Origin: Podarcis liolepis
Taxonomy: Eukaryota
DNA: 64,000 bases
Strand: one strand, 5' to 3'
NCBI GenBank assembly: GCA_965112155.1
Contig: OZ218110.1
The position numbers and the translations under genes are program-made. Below the pieces are notes generated by a model, which saw only the letters and a program-made list of their open reading frames with translations, had not been told where the DNA came from and did not search any database. Shown here piece by piece: positions 12,680 through 24,855 of the stretch; the stretch's first letter is position 1; each line of letters starts with the position of its first letter.

Positions 12680-12724
12680 CTCTGAAACTGTTATATTCCT
12701 AGGTGCGTTCCATTCAGTTTCCAT
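12680..12724 (-). CDS. Upstream coding exon of OR2 (METEWNAPRNITVSE)
   Basis: ATG...GAG|GTAAAT, 45 bp, a 12-nt in-frame deletion relative to paralogues. Confidence 0.75.
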
Positions 12725-13071
12725 ATGTAGGATGGAAGCTTCTCTTCTCTATCCCTGCTCTGGTCCAAACATTTCATTCCAGTGGTGACTCTGGTGTCTG
12801 GTGCTTCTTTTGTAGCAAAATATTACTGTACTCACTTATTTAATATACAAATGATCAAGTTGCCTTGCTGTTATTCAGCAGCAAAATATGAGAATGTAAA
12901 CTTATTTAACAGACTATTTCTACATATGAATATTAACTATGGTTAGGGGAAAAACTTAGCAGTTTGCCAGGGTTTGCCTTTCTATGTTTTGAATTCTAGG
13001 AGTTATAGTGAGCTATTACCATAGTCAGGCTTACATAACAGGACATCAATGACCCTGGAAACTACATGTTG

Positions 13072-13096
13072 ACTCATGCCTTGGGGAAGCCATTAG
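13072..13096 (-). promoter_or_regulatory. Homeodomain plus O/E-like site, putative OR2 promoter
   Basis: cTAATGGctTCCCCAAGGCAtgagt, paralogous to 7722-7746. Confidence 0.55.
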
Positions 13097-14413
13097 GCTC
13101 TTGCAGAGCCAAGGTTCTTGATTAAGGTACTCACAGGCTGCCCTCAACAGCCTGAACAAGGAATGGCATTCATTCTGATGACATTTTATTGCTTAATTAT
13201 TGAAGTAACAAAATAAAAGAGATGGAGTTTATTCACAATGGTCTTGTGGATTATCAGAAAAATGTTTTGTGCCAGAATATCATACTCAAAGGGCTGGGTC
13301 CAGACTTCATCATTCTTTGTGTATCTAAATAGACTTATATATGGACTGAGGAATATATAGACTGCAACCCAGCACATACTTGCCTAGCTGTAAGTTTCAC
13401 TGAACTCTATGGTGATAAATTCTTAGATACTCAATCCACAGGGTTGTGCTTGAATATGAATTAATTTACCAGAAAGAAAGCCTCATGGGTTTAATTTTGA
13501 GTACAGATGAATTTAGGATTGCACTGTATGGCTGCAATTTGATGCAAACACCTGTATGAATAAGGTTCATTGAACAAAACATGACGTACATCTCCACAAA
13601 CATCCACAGGGTTCGATTGTAAATGAAAACAACTGAAAGGGTTGCAACTGAGATTTGAGCAATTTATTTATTTGAGCAATTTATTTATTTCAGGGGTTTA
13701 TTGAAACGTTATTTTTCTTACTGTGGTGGAATACATAATCATTATGTTATTCCAAAATATTCATTTTCAATGCAAAGGCAATAATGCAAATTGGAAGGGA
13801 AGGAATCAATTGCATATTGTTTGCAGACTGAAAACAAAAACAGCTGCATTTTGGCACTAGGGCCTGAGATTCTCCACTTGTTTTAAATCATTTATATTCC
13901 AGTGTTACATTTTCAAAACTTTGCTTTTTAGCCAGTGGATCCCATGCTGTGGAACAGAAACCTGGGATATAAACATCTCAACATATCAACGAACTTTTCC
14001 AACTGCTTCTAGTACAATACCTTATACTTCCACAATATTGATTAAGAAAGTACTACTGATTGTTGACTCCACAACTCCTTTCGTGGGAAACTTGTATCCT
14101 TCCAGAGGCTGTTGGACTCCAACTCCATGCCATTCAGGTAGAGCTGATGTGCTAGAGAAGGATTTGGGTGTAGAGTCTCAGAGGCACTGCATGAGAGGCA
14201 GAAGGGGCGCCGAATTTTGGCATCACACAGGGAGCTGCTGAAAATTGAGACCCCAAGATCCGCCACTGGATTTGCGATGGAGTTCAACAACCTCTGGAAG
14301 ACCATTGGTTCCCTATCCCTCCTGTATTCTCTTGAAGGAAACATATTACAGTTAAGAGCATCACACACTGTAGAAATGGTTAGGCAAAACAGGGATCCAT
14401 TTATTGAAACCAG

Positions 14414-15385
14414 TTATGACAGTACATTTTTCGGCATCCTTGCAAAATGCGTCCCCTTGCTGCAAACTCTTCTTAGGGCTCTATGTACTTCTTTATTTCT
14501 TAAACTGTAGATTAAAGGATTGATGAGAGGTGTCAAGACCGTATAGAAGACAGAGAAGACTTTATTGAGGTCTCTCAGAGTTGGTGTATCTGGCAGCATG
14601 TAGACAATGATTATTGTGCCATAAAAAATGCAGACAACAGTCAGATGAGAGGAGCAAGTGAAAAAGGCCTTTTGCCGTCCAGTGGTGGATGGTATCTTTA
14701 GGATGGTGGTGATGATGCAAACATAGGATGTGAGGGTCAGTAGAAATGGGGTGATGGTGAAAATGAAGGTCGAAAGAAAGGTGACAAGTTCAATCATGCT
14801 TGTGTCACTGCAAGAGAGTTTTTCAAGTGGGATGAAGTCACAAAAGTAATGATCCATGACATTTGGGCCACAGAAGGATAACTGGGCCATCAGATATAAT
14901 ATTACACAGTTAGCCAGCAAAGAGTCGATCCATGCCCCAACGATGAGCTGAACACAGAGCTTTACATGCATGATAGAAGTGTAGTGCAAAGGTTTACATA
15001 TCGCCAGGTAGCGGTCATAGGACATCGCTGCCAGGAGATATGTCTCTATACCTACACAAGAACCAAACAAATAAAATTGGGACAGACATCCGCTAAGAGA
15101 AATGGACTTCTCGCCACTTATCAAATTGGCCAACATTTTGGGCAAGATAATAGAGCTATAGCAGGTCTCCAAGCAAGACAAATTGGCCAGGAAGAAGTAC
15201 ATGGGGGTGTGGAGGTGTTGATCAGACACAACTAGCAAAAGGATAAGGAGATTCCCAGTTATTGTCACAATGTAAATCACTAGGAACAGTACAAAAAGAT
15301 GGGGCTGAAGCTCAGGGAGATCCCCAAATCCCAAGAGGATGAATTCTGTGATAACTGTCTGGTTTTCCTTCTCTGTGTTCCACAT
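14414..15385 (-). CDS. Olfactory receptor OR3 (OR11A-like), single coding exon
   Basis: ATG at 15385 (MWNTEKENQT), all OR motifs present. Acceptor ttttattttctAG 30 nt upstream, with an in-frame TGA between, so the leader is non-coding. Confidence 0.96.
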   Translation of the reverse strand: MWNTEKENQTVITEFILLGFGDLPELQPHLFVLFLVIYIVTITGNLLILLLVVSDQHLHTPMYFFLANLSCLETCYSSIILPKMLANLISGEKSISLSGCLSQFYLFGSCVGIETYLLAAMSYDRYLAICKPLHYTSIMHVKLCVQLIVGAWIDSLLANCVILYLMAQLSFCGPNVMDHYFCDFIPLEKLSCSDTSMIELVTFLSTFIFTITPFLLTLTSYVCIITTILKIPSTTGRQKAFFTCSSHLTVVCIFYGTIIIVYMLPDTPTLRDLNKVFSVFYTVLTPLINPLIYSLRNKEVHRALRRVCSKGTHFARMPKNVLS

Positions 15386-16372
15386 TGATTTAATCAACTG
15401 CAGGTCACATCAACCCTAGAAAATAAAAGCAGAAGAAGATGAATTTTGATATAAAGACTTCCATCCACCACCACCCCCTTAATATCAGCAGCACTTGGAA
15501 GCTGTTTTGCAATAGGAGTAGCTCAAGCAAAGTTTAGTGAATTATAGTATGTGAGACAGATTTTGCATACCATCTCTGTTGCACCTTCCAATATGATTAC
15601 AATCCTCATATTACAGTCCAACCAATTAAAACCTGTCCCGAAGTACCACCACGTAGCATCATCATAAAGCCAATTCGGAACGAGGGTGGTGCTTCTTGCT
15701 ATCACTATGGCACCTTGTGGTTAAGCATCTGGATGCTCAGAAAGCAGCTGTGGTCTTTTCTTGTCCTAGGTTCATGCACCAGCTCTGCACATTCCTGAGA
15801 AAATGAGACCTGGCCACTGCAAGCTATGCCTTTGTGACATGCATGAACACCTGTGTTTTTAGTATTCATGGTTTCTTATCTGAGTAACACTCATTTTAGA
15901 ATTTGCAGTGCAGAGTCTGCTTCTATTTTTACTGCTGTTGCTTTAAAGTGGTGTAAGCCCCCCACCCCACCCCCCAGGCAATGCAAATGCTTTGGAAGGG
16001 TGGAGTATAGTTTTCCTAAAATCAATCAGTTAATAAATGCCAAGCATGCTTAGTCAGACGTTCACCCCACTGTTATCACTGAAACAAAGCACTTTCCCAA
16101 GCAAGTGTGTGCAGGATTTCAGCCTAAGGCAATATGAATGCTGCAATGCTAAGCAAAAACACAACACAAGTATCTTTGTCCAAAAATGAGCTGAGCTTTC
16201 TTTTTCCAGTTGGAGTAGTGAATGAAAAGGGGAGTTTGATATAGAAATATTTTGATGAACTGGGTGGATTTGGGAAGGCAGTTGCCATTTCTCCCCATTT
16301 GTCTTCCTGACTAAATGTGGAGGTGGGAGAGCAATTCAATTCAGATTGCATTTCAAGGTGATTCTACCTACC

Positions 16373-16853
16373 TGTCAGGCATGGAGAGTCCTCTCCTCCC
16401 TTCTGTAACTTCACAGATAAGAATTAACAAGCAGTTGATATATTTATAACATGTTGCAAGCACAAATACACAGCTCTCTGCAAGGAGGGCAGTTGGCTAT
16501 TCTAAATCTTCCTTCCAACTTCCGCAGCATTTTAGGTGCCAACGGGAAGTTCCTCCCTCCTTCTGACTCCTTTGCTATCTAATACGTTTGGACCTCTGAG
16601 TCCATGGTGAGGGGGGAGTCCCCCACACTCTCCAGTGATGTCTTGACTAGCTGTCCCCTCCCTTCTGTTTCTCGTGTCATTATCTCGCACCTGGGTAACC
16701 CCTCCCTAAGCTGTTCAGCTTCTCTCTCTCTCCGCTTCTGAACACACTGTGGACAATGGGGACCACTCTTCCCCATCCAACTCTCCATTGGAGAGTAGCT
16801 GGTCTGCCATAGAATGCATTTCCCAGTCGTCATCTTCAGACCATTCCCTGACA
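16373..16853 (-). mobile_element. Solo LTR
   Basis: TGTCAGG...CCTGACA termini with 5-bp TSD ctacc/ctacg. Confidence 0.7.
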
Positions 16854-17694
16854 CTACGTTACACATTCCAGAATGATACGTGAGCCGAAATAAAGCCATT
16901 CCCCAGAATCTTATTTCAGCATTCCTGATGGGGCATCCTCCAATGTACCAAAGGACAGGAGGCTAACTAGGGGAACTCAGGGGGAACGGGGAGTGCCCCC
17001 CACAGCATCTGCCACCAGACTCAACTGCCTCAAGATAGGATCCTCTGTATGTATTTCTTCCTTGAACTTTACATTGATATAATGGGTGAGAGAAAGCCGT
17101 GAAGGATTAGTAAAATAAATTAATTATTTAACTTGTCATGGCCTTTCCAGAAACATCCACAAAGGTAGTTCGAACCATGCATTTGAATTAACAGAACTTC
17201 ACATACAACTGGAAAGAAGAGAAATGGAGAGAAACCAAAATTGACCTATCCTAACACTGGTAAAAACAAACTATCATTTAGAAAAGCTCTTGAAATATGG
17301 TACCTCACCAACAAAAGAATAGCATCATATGGGATTAGCACTTGCCTTCAACCAATCTCTTTGATGCGCAGTGATATTCCCAGGATTCAAAACCTGTAGT
17401 AAAAAAGTTAAGGAAACGCAATAGGCTCCGAGCAAGCTGGAACAGCCACATTTGCACAGAACTGTTAGTGATAATGTTTATAACCCTAAATGGGTGTAGA
17501 TGCTTCTCTCTTAAAATAAGTGATCCTGGGGGACTTTGATGCGGATTGGCTATCGGGGGGGGGGGCATTTATCTTGCAACTGACTTCTAAACCCTATGGG
17601 GATTCTTGTATTAATTATTGCTCCATGGGATTGCTTTACTGTCTGGATGAAACATATGACTGGAATTTTGCAGCGTTCTGGTTTCAAGTTCAGT

Positions 17695-18040
17695 TGTGTG
17701 GGGCAGGAACGGAGGAAGGGGGTGTGGTGGGGATGGACTGCCCCGAGTGTCTTCGCTGAGGGGGGTGATATTTGGCGCGCCACCCACCCACGACTCCCAA
17801 GCTTACCCCGAGCAATCAGGGCAAGGGGGGGAGCTGCTGCCCCCAGGGGTGGCTTGCTCCGCCCCTGGCTACAGAATGTTCACGCCACTCCATGCACCCA
17901 AGTGGATATCCCGCACCTGGGAGGGCACCCTCCACACCTCATGCCCCTCAGGAGCGCACTCTGCCCCCCTCAGAAGCACACCCCACCCCCCTTGGGAGCA
18001 CGCCCATCCTGGGTAGCACAGCCATATGCTCTGCCACTGG
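17695..18040. mobile_element. GC-rich non-autonomous DNA transposon-like repeat
   Basis: Shares cccacgactcccaagcttaccccgagc with the 1215-1486 element; ends gctctgccactg. Confidence 0.4.
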
Positions 18041-18327
18041 TGTGGGGTGTATGTTTTAAAAACAAAATCATAACAAAATACCCGTTTTAAGACTTTTGAT
18101 TTATATACATAAATTGATTGCCTTTAGCTGCCCTCTAGTGTTCAAACTTCCTGCTTGACAGCAGCAGCTTCCTATAGCGTTCAGTTTATGCCCGGATTGA
18201 TTTTATAAACAATAATGGGAAAATAGCAGGCTTTTTGCTGTGATGTTTATTTTCAAAAGTATATTGGCAGTGCCACATTTATGATTTTGCAAAATGAGAA
18301 TCTGGGTTAAAATCATGCATTTCTCAT

Positions 18328-18366
18328 TTTGTTTGTTTGTTTGTTTGTTTGTTTGTTTGTTTGTTT
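18328..18366. repeat. (GTTT)n microsatellite
   Basis: Read directly from sequence. Confidence 0.95.
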
Positions 18367-19960
18367 TAGTGATGGACAATGCCCCATGACTTGATTTGAA
18401 ATCAGCTCAGTATTTATTAACTTCGTCATAGTACTCTCAAGGCGATGAAAGCTCACCTAGGAATGCTCTGAGACAGTTTGGAATGTCATCACACATGCAC
18501 AGGGTATTATTATTTCCCCAGTTCTGCTCCAACAGTCTACCAATGACATTAGAGCAAGGCTTCCATTTGCTCTGGGAAAAGGTGAATAAACTGAGGCTCA
18601 GCCCAGAGAAGAGACAGATGGTGATTGGGGGGAACTACTCCGCAGGTGTGCCAACTTGAATAAAATATGGGAGCGGGATCCAGGTAAGCCCTGCCCCACA
18701 TGATTGATGACATGATGCAGCACACACACACTATTTGAGTGGCAATACCCATTTATTTGGGTGGCCTGGGCCCCTCAAATATTTTAGGGGAGGTGAAGGG
18801 ACCTCGGCACTTAGGAGCTGGTTCCTGTGCTACTCAGTGTGTACCCTTGATGAGATCACAATTCCTCTTTAAAAGGCAGAGGATTACACAACGATAGCTC
18901 TATCCTGGAGTAACTTTAATCAACGCTACTTCATCTGCTAGCTGTGTATACTGCTGGGGGAAAGGGAACTGATTATGACTACTCATACCCTGACAGCTTC
19001 TATACTACTGTCATTCATTAACTTGGTACCTTCCAGTTTAGATTAATTTAACATGCTTCATTTAGAAATGTCCTTAAAAGTTCACTTAATTCAGAATGCA
19101 GAGAATGCATTAGTCATGATTAGAATAGACCCATTCAGTAATGTTAAGAAATCCAGTCTTTTCTCATGCCTAATGCCTGTTAGAGTTTGCTCTCAATAAA
19201 GAAGTTTGGGCACAATCCTTAGTGTAAAGATTATAAGATCAGTAAATAAGTTCCGTTGATTCCAATGGGACTACTCTAAATATGGCAATGGATCCAGCTC
19301 TCAGGTATGATATCTTTTTCCACAAGGACATCATGATCCAACTTTATTTCTTTTATTTGTTTATTTTTACTCCTACACTTGAAAATTAAAGTCTCGGTGG
19401 GTATTCTTGTTCTTGGCTATTCTTGTTCATCCTGCTGAGACAGTGTGTGTGTGTATGTTAATATCAGTTTGGTGCCATTAATTAAATAGACATGGGTTTG
19501 GAAGAGGGAAGAGAATTCTCCTTGAGATGAGTGAGCATCTAACTTTACCTGTTTGAGAACTCCCCCCCCCCTTTGTCTGCAGTATTGACATCCCATTATG
19601 CGAGATAATAGTTTAACACCTAATGCTAATAGTTTAAGACACTTGGCTTAACTCCCAGAATAACAAATATAGGTAGCCAAACACAGGCAGAAACTGCTTA
19701 GTGATTTCTCCCAGTCACTGCAAACATCTAGTGACAGAAGCACTTGTATTTGATTATTTAACTGTGTCTAAATAAGTGTACCTACTGATATTTTGCTACT
19801 GAATGGAAGCCAGACTTCTTGAACATTTGCACTTTAATAAGTGCACGTTGATATTTTGTTAGTGGATGGGAGCAACATTGGAGCAAGACTCCATAGCATC
19901 TACCTGGAACAAAACTTGGGAGCACCATAAGGAATCAGAAGACAGTCGTGCATCCTAAGA

Positions 19961-20017
19961 ATGGAAACTGAGCTGAACACATCAGAGATTCCATCTAGAA
20001 ACACAATAATTTTGGAG
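19961..20017 (+). CDS. Upstream coding exon of OR4 (METELNTSEIPSRNTIILE)
   Basis: ATG 19961...TTG GAG|GTAAAT, 57 bp, phase 0. Confidence 0.85.
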
Positions 20018-20210
20018 GTAAATATAGTTTCTCATCCCCATGTGCTATCCTTGGAACAGGGTGTTTCTTTTTTATAGGCACCATATTTCTATCAGGTATG
20101 TACAGAAACCATTTCAAACTCATATGGCAACTCTTATCAATTTCATGGTGAACTGTGGAAGGTGGGTTGAGTAAGTCTGATCTGATTTCTGTTTAGATTC
20201 TTCCAAAATA

Positions 20211-20346
20211 GAGTGCTATTTTTTCTAGAAAAATAGGTGCCGGTACTCACCCTGAAATTGTTACTGTAAGTGTCACACTTTTTTATCAACAACAAAAAGA
20301 GGTGCCGGTACAGCATACCCTTGAGTGCCCCCTGAAAAAAGCACTG
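20211..20346. mobile_element. Short MITE
   Basis: Terminal inverted repeats agtgctatttttt/aaaaaagcact and an internal repeat aggtgccggtac. Confidence 0.5.
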
Positions 20347-21235
20347 GTTCAGATCAATTGCATTTACTTAATTTGCCTTCCTCTTTATAGGTCAGTCACA
20401 AGGTTTATTAGGAAAATATGCATACAATGTATGAAAAGCCATCTTTTACTGGACAGATCAATTTTAGACTCTTTAGACAACCGGGGATAGCATGTTGGAT
20501 TTCTCAATCCAATGCTAGGTACTCATAGTTTACATAATATTTCACGACATTTGAATATTTTGAATGTACTTCAGTTCTGGCTCAACTGAGTTTGTAGTTT
20601 TGACAGTTACGTTCTTCATCTTCATTTGGAATCTCTCAATCAATGAAGTTTCCAAGCTGCTGATTTTTACCCAGAATTCTGTTCACTTAATATAGGTAAT
20701 AAGGATCTGGAGTTACCTTGTTTGATTCAGTGAGACTGTTCTGGAAGAAAAATCAAAATCTATATGTAGTTTACTTCGGGATTGGAGAATGTTTCCTAAG
20801 CTAGTGTAATAAAAATATTGATAATTTGTACAACAATCAAGGTATTTGGTTCAGCTACTTTTCTCCTCCACCTAAAAATAGGGCTGATAAGAATTGAAGC
20901 CCCAAACCTCTGGTGGACATCACATTGTCTACGCCAGATTTTTGCTATGATGTCCTTTGGAACAGCCTCCCTTTACATGTGATCAGGTTCTTGGAGTGTT
21001 TAACCTATACCAGTGCCCTGGACTAGGGCTACAATTGTATGTCCTCTAACCCATATAGTTCCATTTTAGACTGCAGCTGTAGAAATCATATTAGGAGGAA
21101 TCACATTGAACACCAATAATAGAATCAGCACAGCACAAAAAGGGCATGTATGGAAATAGAGATGGGTGTCTTCAAACATCTGAATGGTTATATCACAGAA
21201 GTTAGTCCAGTATTCTGTACTGTTAGGGGTGTGGA

Positions 21236-21981
21236 ATTATATTATTATTATTATTATTAGACAACGTAATAATCATAAATGAATAAGAATAAAAATGTGC
21301 ACCCCACCACCAAGTCCATTCCATTGTAACTATCCAACCTCCCAAAAATTCAACACCTCTTGCAATGGCTTGACCCCTTTCCATTTTAACAGTACAAATT
21401 ATACAAACACCCTCCATATCTCCTTAAAATAATTTCTCCTGCATATTCCCCGTCTTACCTTAATGGCACATTCATCATTAATAGCTATACAGTGGTACCT
21501 CTGGTTACGTACTTAATTCATTCAGGAGGTCCATTCTTAACCTGAAATTGTTCTTAACCTGAAGCACTACTTTAGCTAATGGGTCCTCCTGCTGCAGCTG
21601 CGCCACCACCATGCGATTTCTGTTCTCATCCTGAAGCAAAGTTCTTAACCTGAAGCACTATTTCTAGGTTAGCGGAGTCTGTAACCTGAAGCGTATGTAA
21701 CCTGAAGTGTATGTAACCTGAGATACCACTGTATCCCACACCTCTTTATACCATTCTTCCATTTTATATTCAGTTTGCTCCTTCCTCTTTCTGGCTATAA
21801 TAATTCATGCAGCTGTCAATAAATATTTGAGCAAGTCCTTCATAGCCTGTGAACCTTACGCCCCATCGTAAATTGATAATAATGCTACCTCTGGACTTTT
21901 GGTCAGCTTTAACACAGTGATTTCTGTTATCTCCTTAAACACCCTTTGCAAAATAATAAATAAATCCATTATTCCATACTA
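21236..21981 (-). mobile_element. L1-like 3' fragment with (ATT)n tail, inserted in a CR1 remnant
   Basis: 14-bp TSD gttaggggtgtgga at 21222-21235 and 21982-21995; tail at the left end. Confidence 0.7.
21490..21731. mobile_element. Tc1/mariner (Tigger-like) MITE
   Basis: TIRs cagtggtacctc/gagataccactg flanked by TA. Same family as 57238-57479, in opposite orientation. Confidence 0.85.
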
Positions 21982-22384
21982 GTTAGGGGTGTGGACTTTA
22001 AGGTAACTCCCAACTCTACAGTTCTGAGATTCTCTGTTGTGTTATATTTCTTTATTGGGGAACATACAAAGCAATATCCCATTCATATAATATGTATGGA
22101 ATTCCCCAATCTTATTCTCAGGATTCCATTCCTGTCACTATTGGGAAGAGAAATGGCATGGGTTTCAAATACAAGATGCTGCAATCATGATTGGATTGGG
22201 GGAGGAAACATGAGAAAGGAGCAGGTAGGAAAACGTCCAGCAACCTTCTTTCCAGCTGCTTCTCTACCACAAATCTTCCCTTCCCAAAGCCATTGTGGAG
22301 GAGCAGATATCTCTTAAAATACAAATACAAATGTGACAACATTAGTTTGCTAATGTTTTTTTTTAAAAAAAAAATGTGTTTTAG

Positions 22385-23356
22385 AATGATGCTGACAGTC
22401 ATCACCAACAAACAGCAGTGGGAGGAAATCAATCAAGTCCTTCAGCATTCATCCTTCTGGGATTTGGCAACCTACTTGAACTGCGAATTCTCCTGTTCAT
22501 ATTGTTGCTTGCAATCTATGTTTTATCTCTAGTCATGAACTTCCTTGTTGTTTTTCTGGTTGTGGTTGACCAGCATCTTCAAACCCCCATGTATTTCTTC
22601 ATCATGAACCTGTCCTTCTTGGAGACTTGCTACATTTCCACCATCCTCCCCAGGATGCTGGTCAGTTTCCTTACTGGGGATAGGTCCATATCCATTACAG
22701 GATGTATCACACAATACTATCTCTTTGGTTTCTTGGCAGCCACAGAATGCTACCTTCTGGCCATGATGTCCTATGACCGGTATTTGTCAATATGCAAACC
22801 TCTGTGCTACATATCCATTATGAATGGTAGACTCTGCATCCGACTGGTGATCACTTCCTGGATGTGTGACCTGTTGACCAACACTATCATCACTTTGCTT
22901 ATGCTAAAGCTCACATTCTGTGGGCCCAATGAAATTGATCATTTCTTTTGTGATGTATATCCAGTGGCAAACCTCTCCTGTAACAATACTCAGCTCGTAA
23001 AACTTGCAACGTTTATTTTAGGAGTGATAGGAACAGGTCCCCCTTTCCTACTAACTTTGGCATCTTATGCCTTTATTATTTTCACTGTCTTACAAATTAA
23101 GTGTAAAGCTGCCCAGTGGAAGACCTTCACCACTTGCTCTTCTCATCTAATTGTGGTGACACTTTTCTATGGATCATTATTCCTTGTCTATATAATCCCT
23201 GAAACAGAAACACTGAAAAGACTACGCAAAACCCTTTCTCTGTTCTATACCATCCTGACTCCCTTGCTCAACCCCCTCATATACGGTTTGAGAAACAGAG
23301 AGATGAAAGAAGCTCTGCTTAAATCTGTCAGAAAATTCAGCAATAGAGTTTCATAG
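22385..23356 (+). CDS. Olfactory receptor OR4, main coding exon; predicted CDS join(19961..20017,22385..23356), 342 aa
   Basis: 7TM OR motifs. Codon 22418 is GTG, not ATG. Acceptor tgtgttttAG at 22383-22384. Confidence 0.9.
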   Translation, partial: NDADSHHQQTAVGGNQSSPSAFILLGFGNLLELRILLFILLLAIYVLSLVMNFLVVFLVVVDQHLQTPMYFFIMNLSFLETCYISTILPRMLVSFLTGDRSISITGCITQYYLFGFLAATECYLLAMMSYDRYLSICKPLCYISIMNGRLCIRLVITSWMCDLLTNTIITLLMLKLTFCGPNEIDHFFCDVYPVANLSCNNTQLVKLATFILGVIGTGPPFLLTLASYAFIIFTVLQIKCKAAQWKTFTTCSSHLIVVTLFYGSLFLVYIIPETETLKRLRKTLSLFYTILTPLLNPLIYGLRNREMKEALLKSVRKFSNRVS

Positions 23357-23749
23357 CTCCAAAATGACTTGATAGAGAAATTGAAGGATACAGAAACGTG
23401 GGGGAAGTCCTGAGATAGAATTGACCTTATCAAGGATGTTTGATGATGTCTGAGGAAACTATATATGCCAAAGTAATCATTAAGATTTACTGATCCAAAA
23501 CTTTCAGTTCTAATATGTCAATTGCAGTTTAGCTGTTTACCAGTTTTTCCACTTCTTCAGTTGTTGTGGCATTATTCTGAGTAGATGGATCTGATGGATG
23601 TCTTCATGGATCTGGTGAAGCATACAGAAAGATTTTGTAATTGTGAAACACATGTAGCTTCTTGTGAGATGGACCCATAATTTTTACAAATTTAAACTCT
23701 GTATTGCACCATGATTGCTTTCGACAACAAATGACGGGGCAAAGCAATG

Positions 23750-23844
23750 GGAGTTAACCCATTGCATGGATTCGAAATGCCGAGCTTATGGTTGGCAAGC
23801 CCAAGAGGCTCAGTAGTTTAGACCACAGCGCCACCTGTGTCCCT
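23750..23844 (-). mobile_element. Sauria SINE 5' fragment, degraded
   Basis: accacagcgccacctgtgtccc is the reverse complement of the SINE head. Confidence 0.7.
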
Positions 23845-24664
23845 GGGGAGAGGATGCAAGTGGACAGCAGAAGTAGATTCTGGAAACTCTTATGCTGGAT
23901 CAGAGACGTATATTTCAAGGTTGGAAGGACAAACATCCACCATCTACTACACAGTGGTCTGAAGACCTCAGTGTCCCTCTTATGATTAAGCACAAAGCTC
24001 CTAATTGTCAGTCTTGTTTAGATACCTTTCTGGATACATGGGCTGTGTATGTTAATCTATATATATATTAGAATTGGTGTAATATGCTTATTGTCAATGT
24101 CAGGTGCTGCTATCTTTATATTTTCCTTCTAGTCATATTGTTATATTTGCAAATATATATATTTTTAAAGAAAACAAATCTGTTTTGTTATATCAAGACC
24201 AGGCTTTGGGAGAGTAACATGTAATCAGTAAAATTAATTTCCCCTGACATGACTGAACTTGTAACTTTCTGCATCTGAGAACATTTTTCCAGTTCATTTG
24301 GCTGGAGTATCGTTGATATCCTATAATGTGAGCCTTACCATGCTAATAGTTTAAGATGTTTGGCATAACTCCCAGAATTACTGATACATAGAGCCAAGCA
24401 TGGGGGGGGGGAATTGATCAGTGCCATCCCCCCAGTAACTGCAAGTATCCATCTACAGAAACATTTGTGCTTGATCATTTAAGCATATTTGAATAAGTAC
24501 ATCTGCTGATACTTTCCTAATAAATAGAAGCAAGACAAATGAGGAGCTTTTAGAAGAGCACACTGGGATTCTGCTATTCTAAGGAAGCATGACTCCACAA
24601 TATCCACCTGAAGCAAAGATTGTTAGGATAGAGAAGCAGCAAAACAGAGACTTGTCTTCTAGTG

Positions 24665-24721
24665 ATGGAACCTGAATCTAACACATCAGAAATTCCACCT
24701 AGAAATACAATCATTTTCGAG
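24665..24721 (+). CDS. Upstream coding exon of OR5 (MEPESNTSEIPPRNTIIFE)
   Basis: ATG 24665...TTC GAG|GTAAAT, 57 bp, phase 0. Confidence 0.85.
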
Positions 24722-24797
24722 GTAAATATTTATGCATTAGCTTTTCATCTCTATGTGTTGTATTTGGAACTGTGGGATTACTTAATGTGCCTTCCCC

Positions 24798-24802
24798 TTT
24801 CT

Positions 24803-24854
<52 letters not shown>

Positions 24855-24855
24855 T
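24798..24855. repeat. (TTTC)n microsatellite
   Basis: Read directly from sequence. Confidence 0.95.

Noticed and set aside
14966-15235. Recurrent antisense ORFs over OR genes (also 27323, 45740, 61451 and others)
   Set aside because: Shadow frames caused by OR codon bias; boundaries are not conserved.
17596-18090. 164-aa GC-rich ORF and overlapping ORFs
   Set aside because: Open frames in several phases across a GC-rich repeat, with no recognisable domain.
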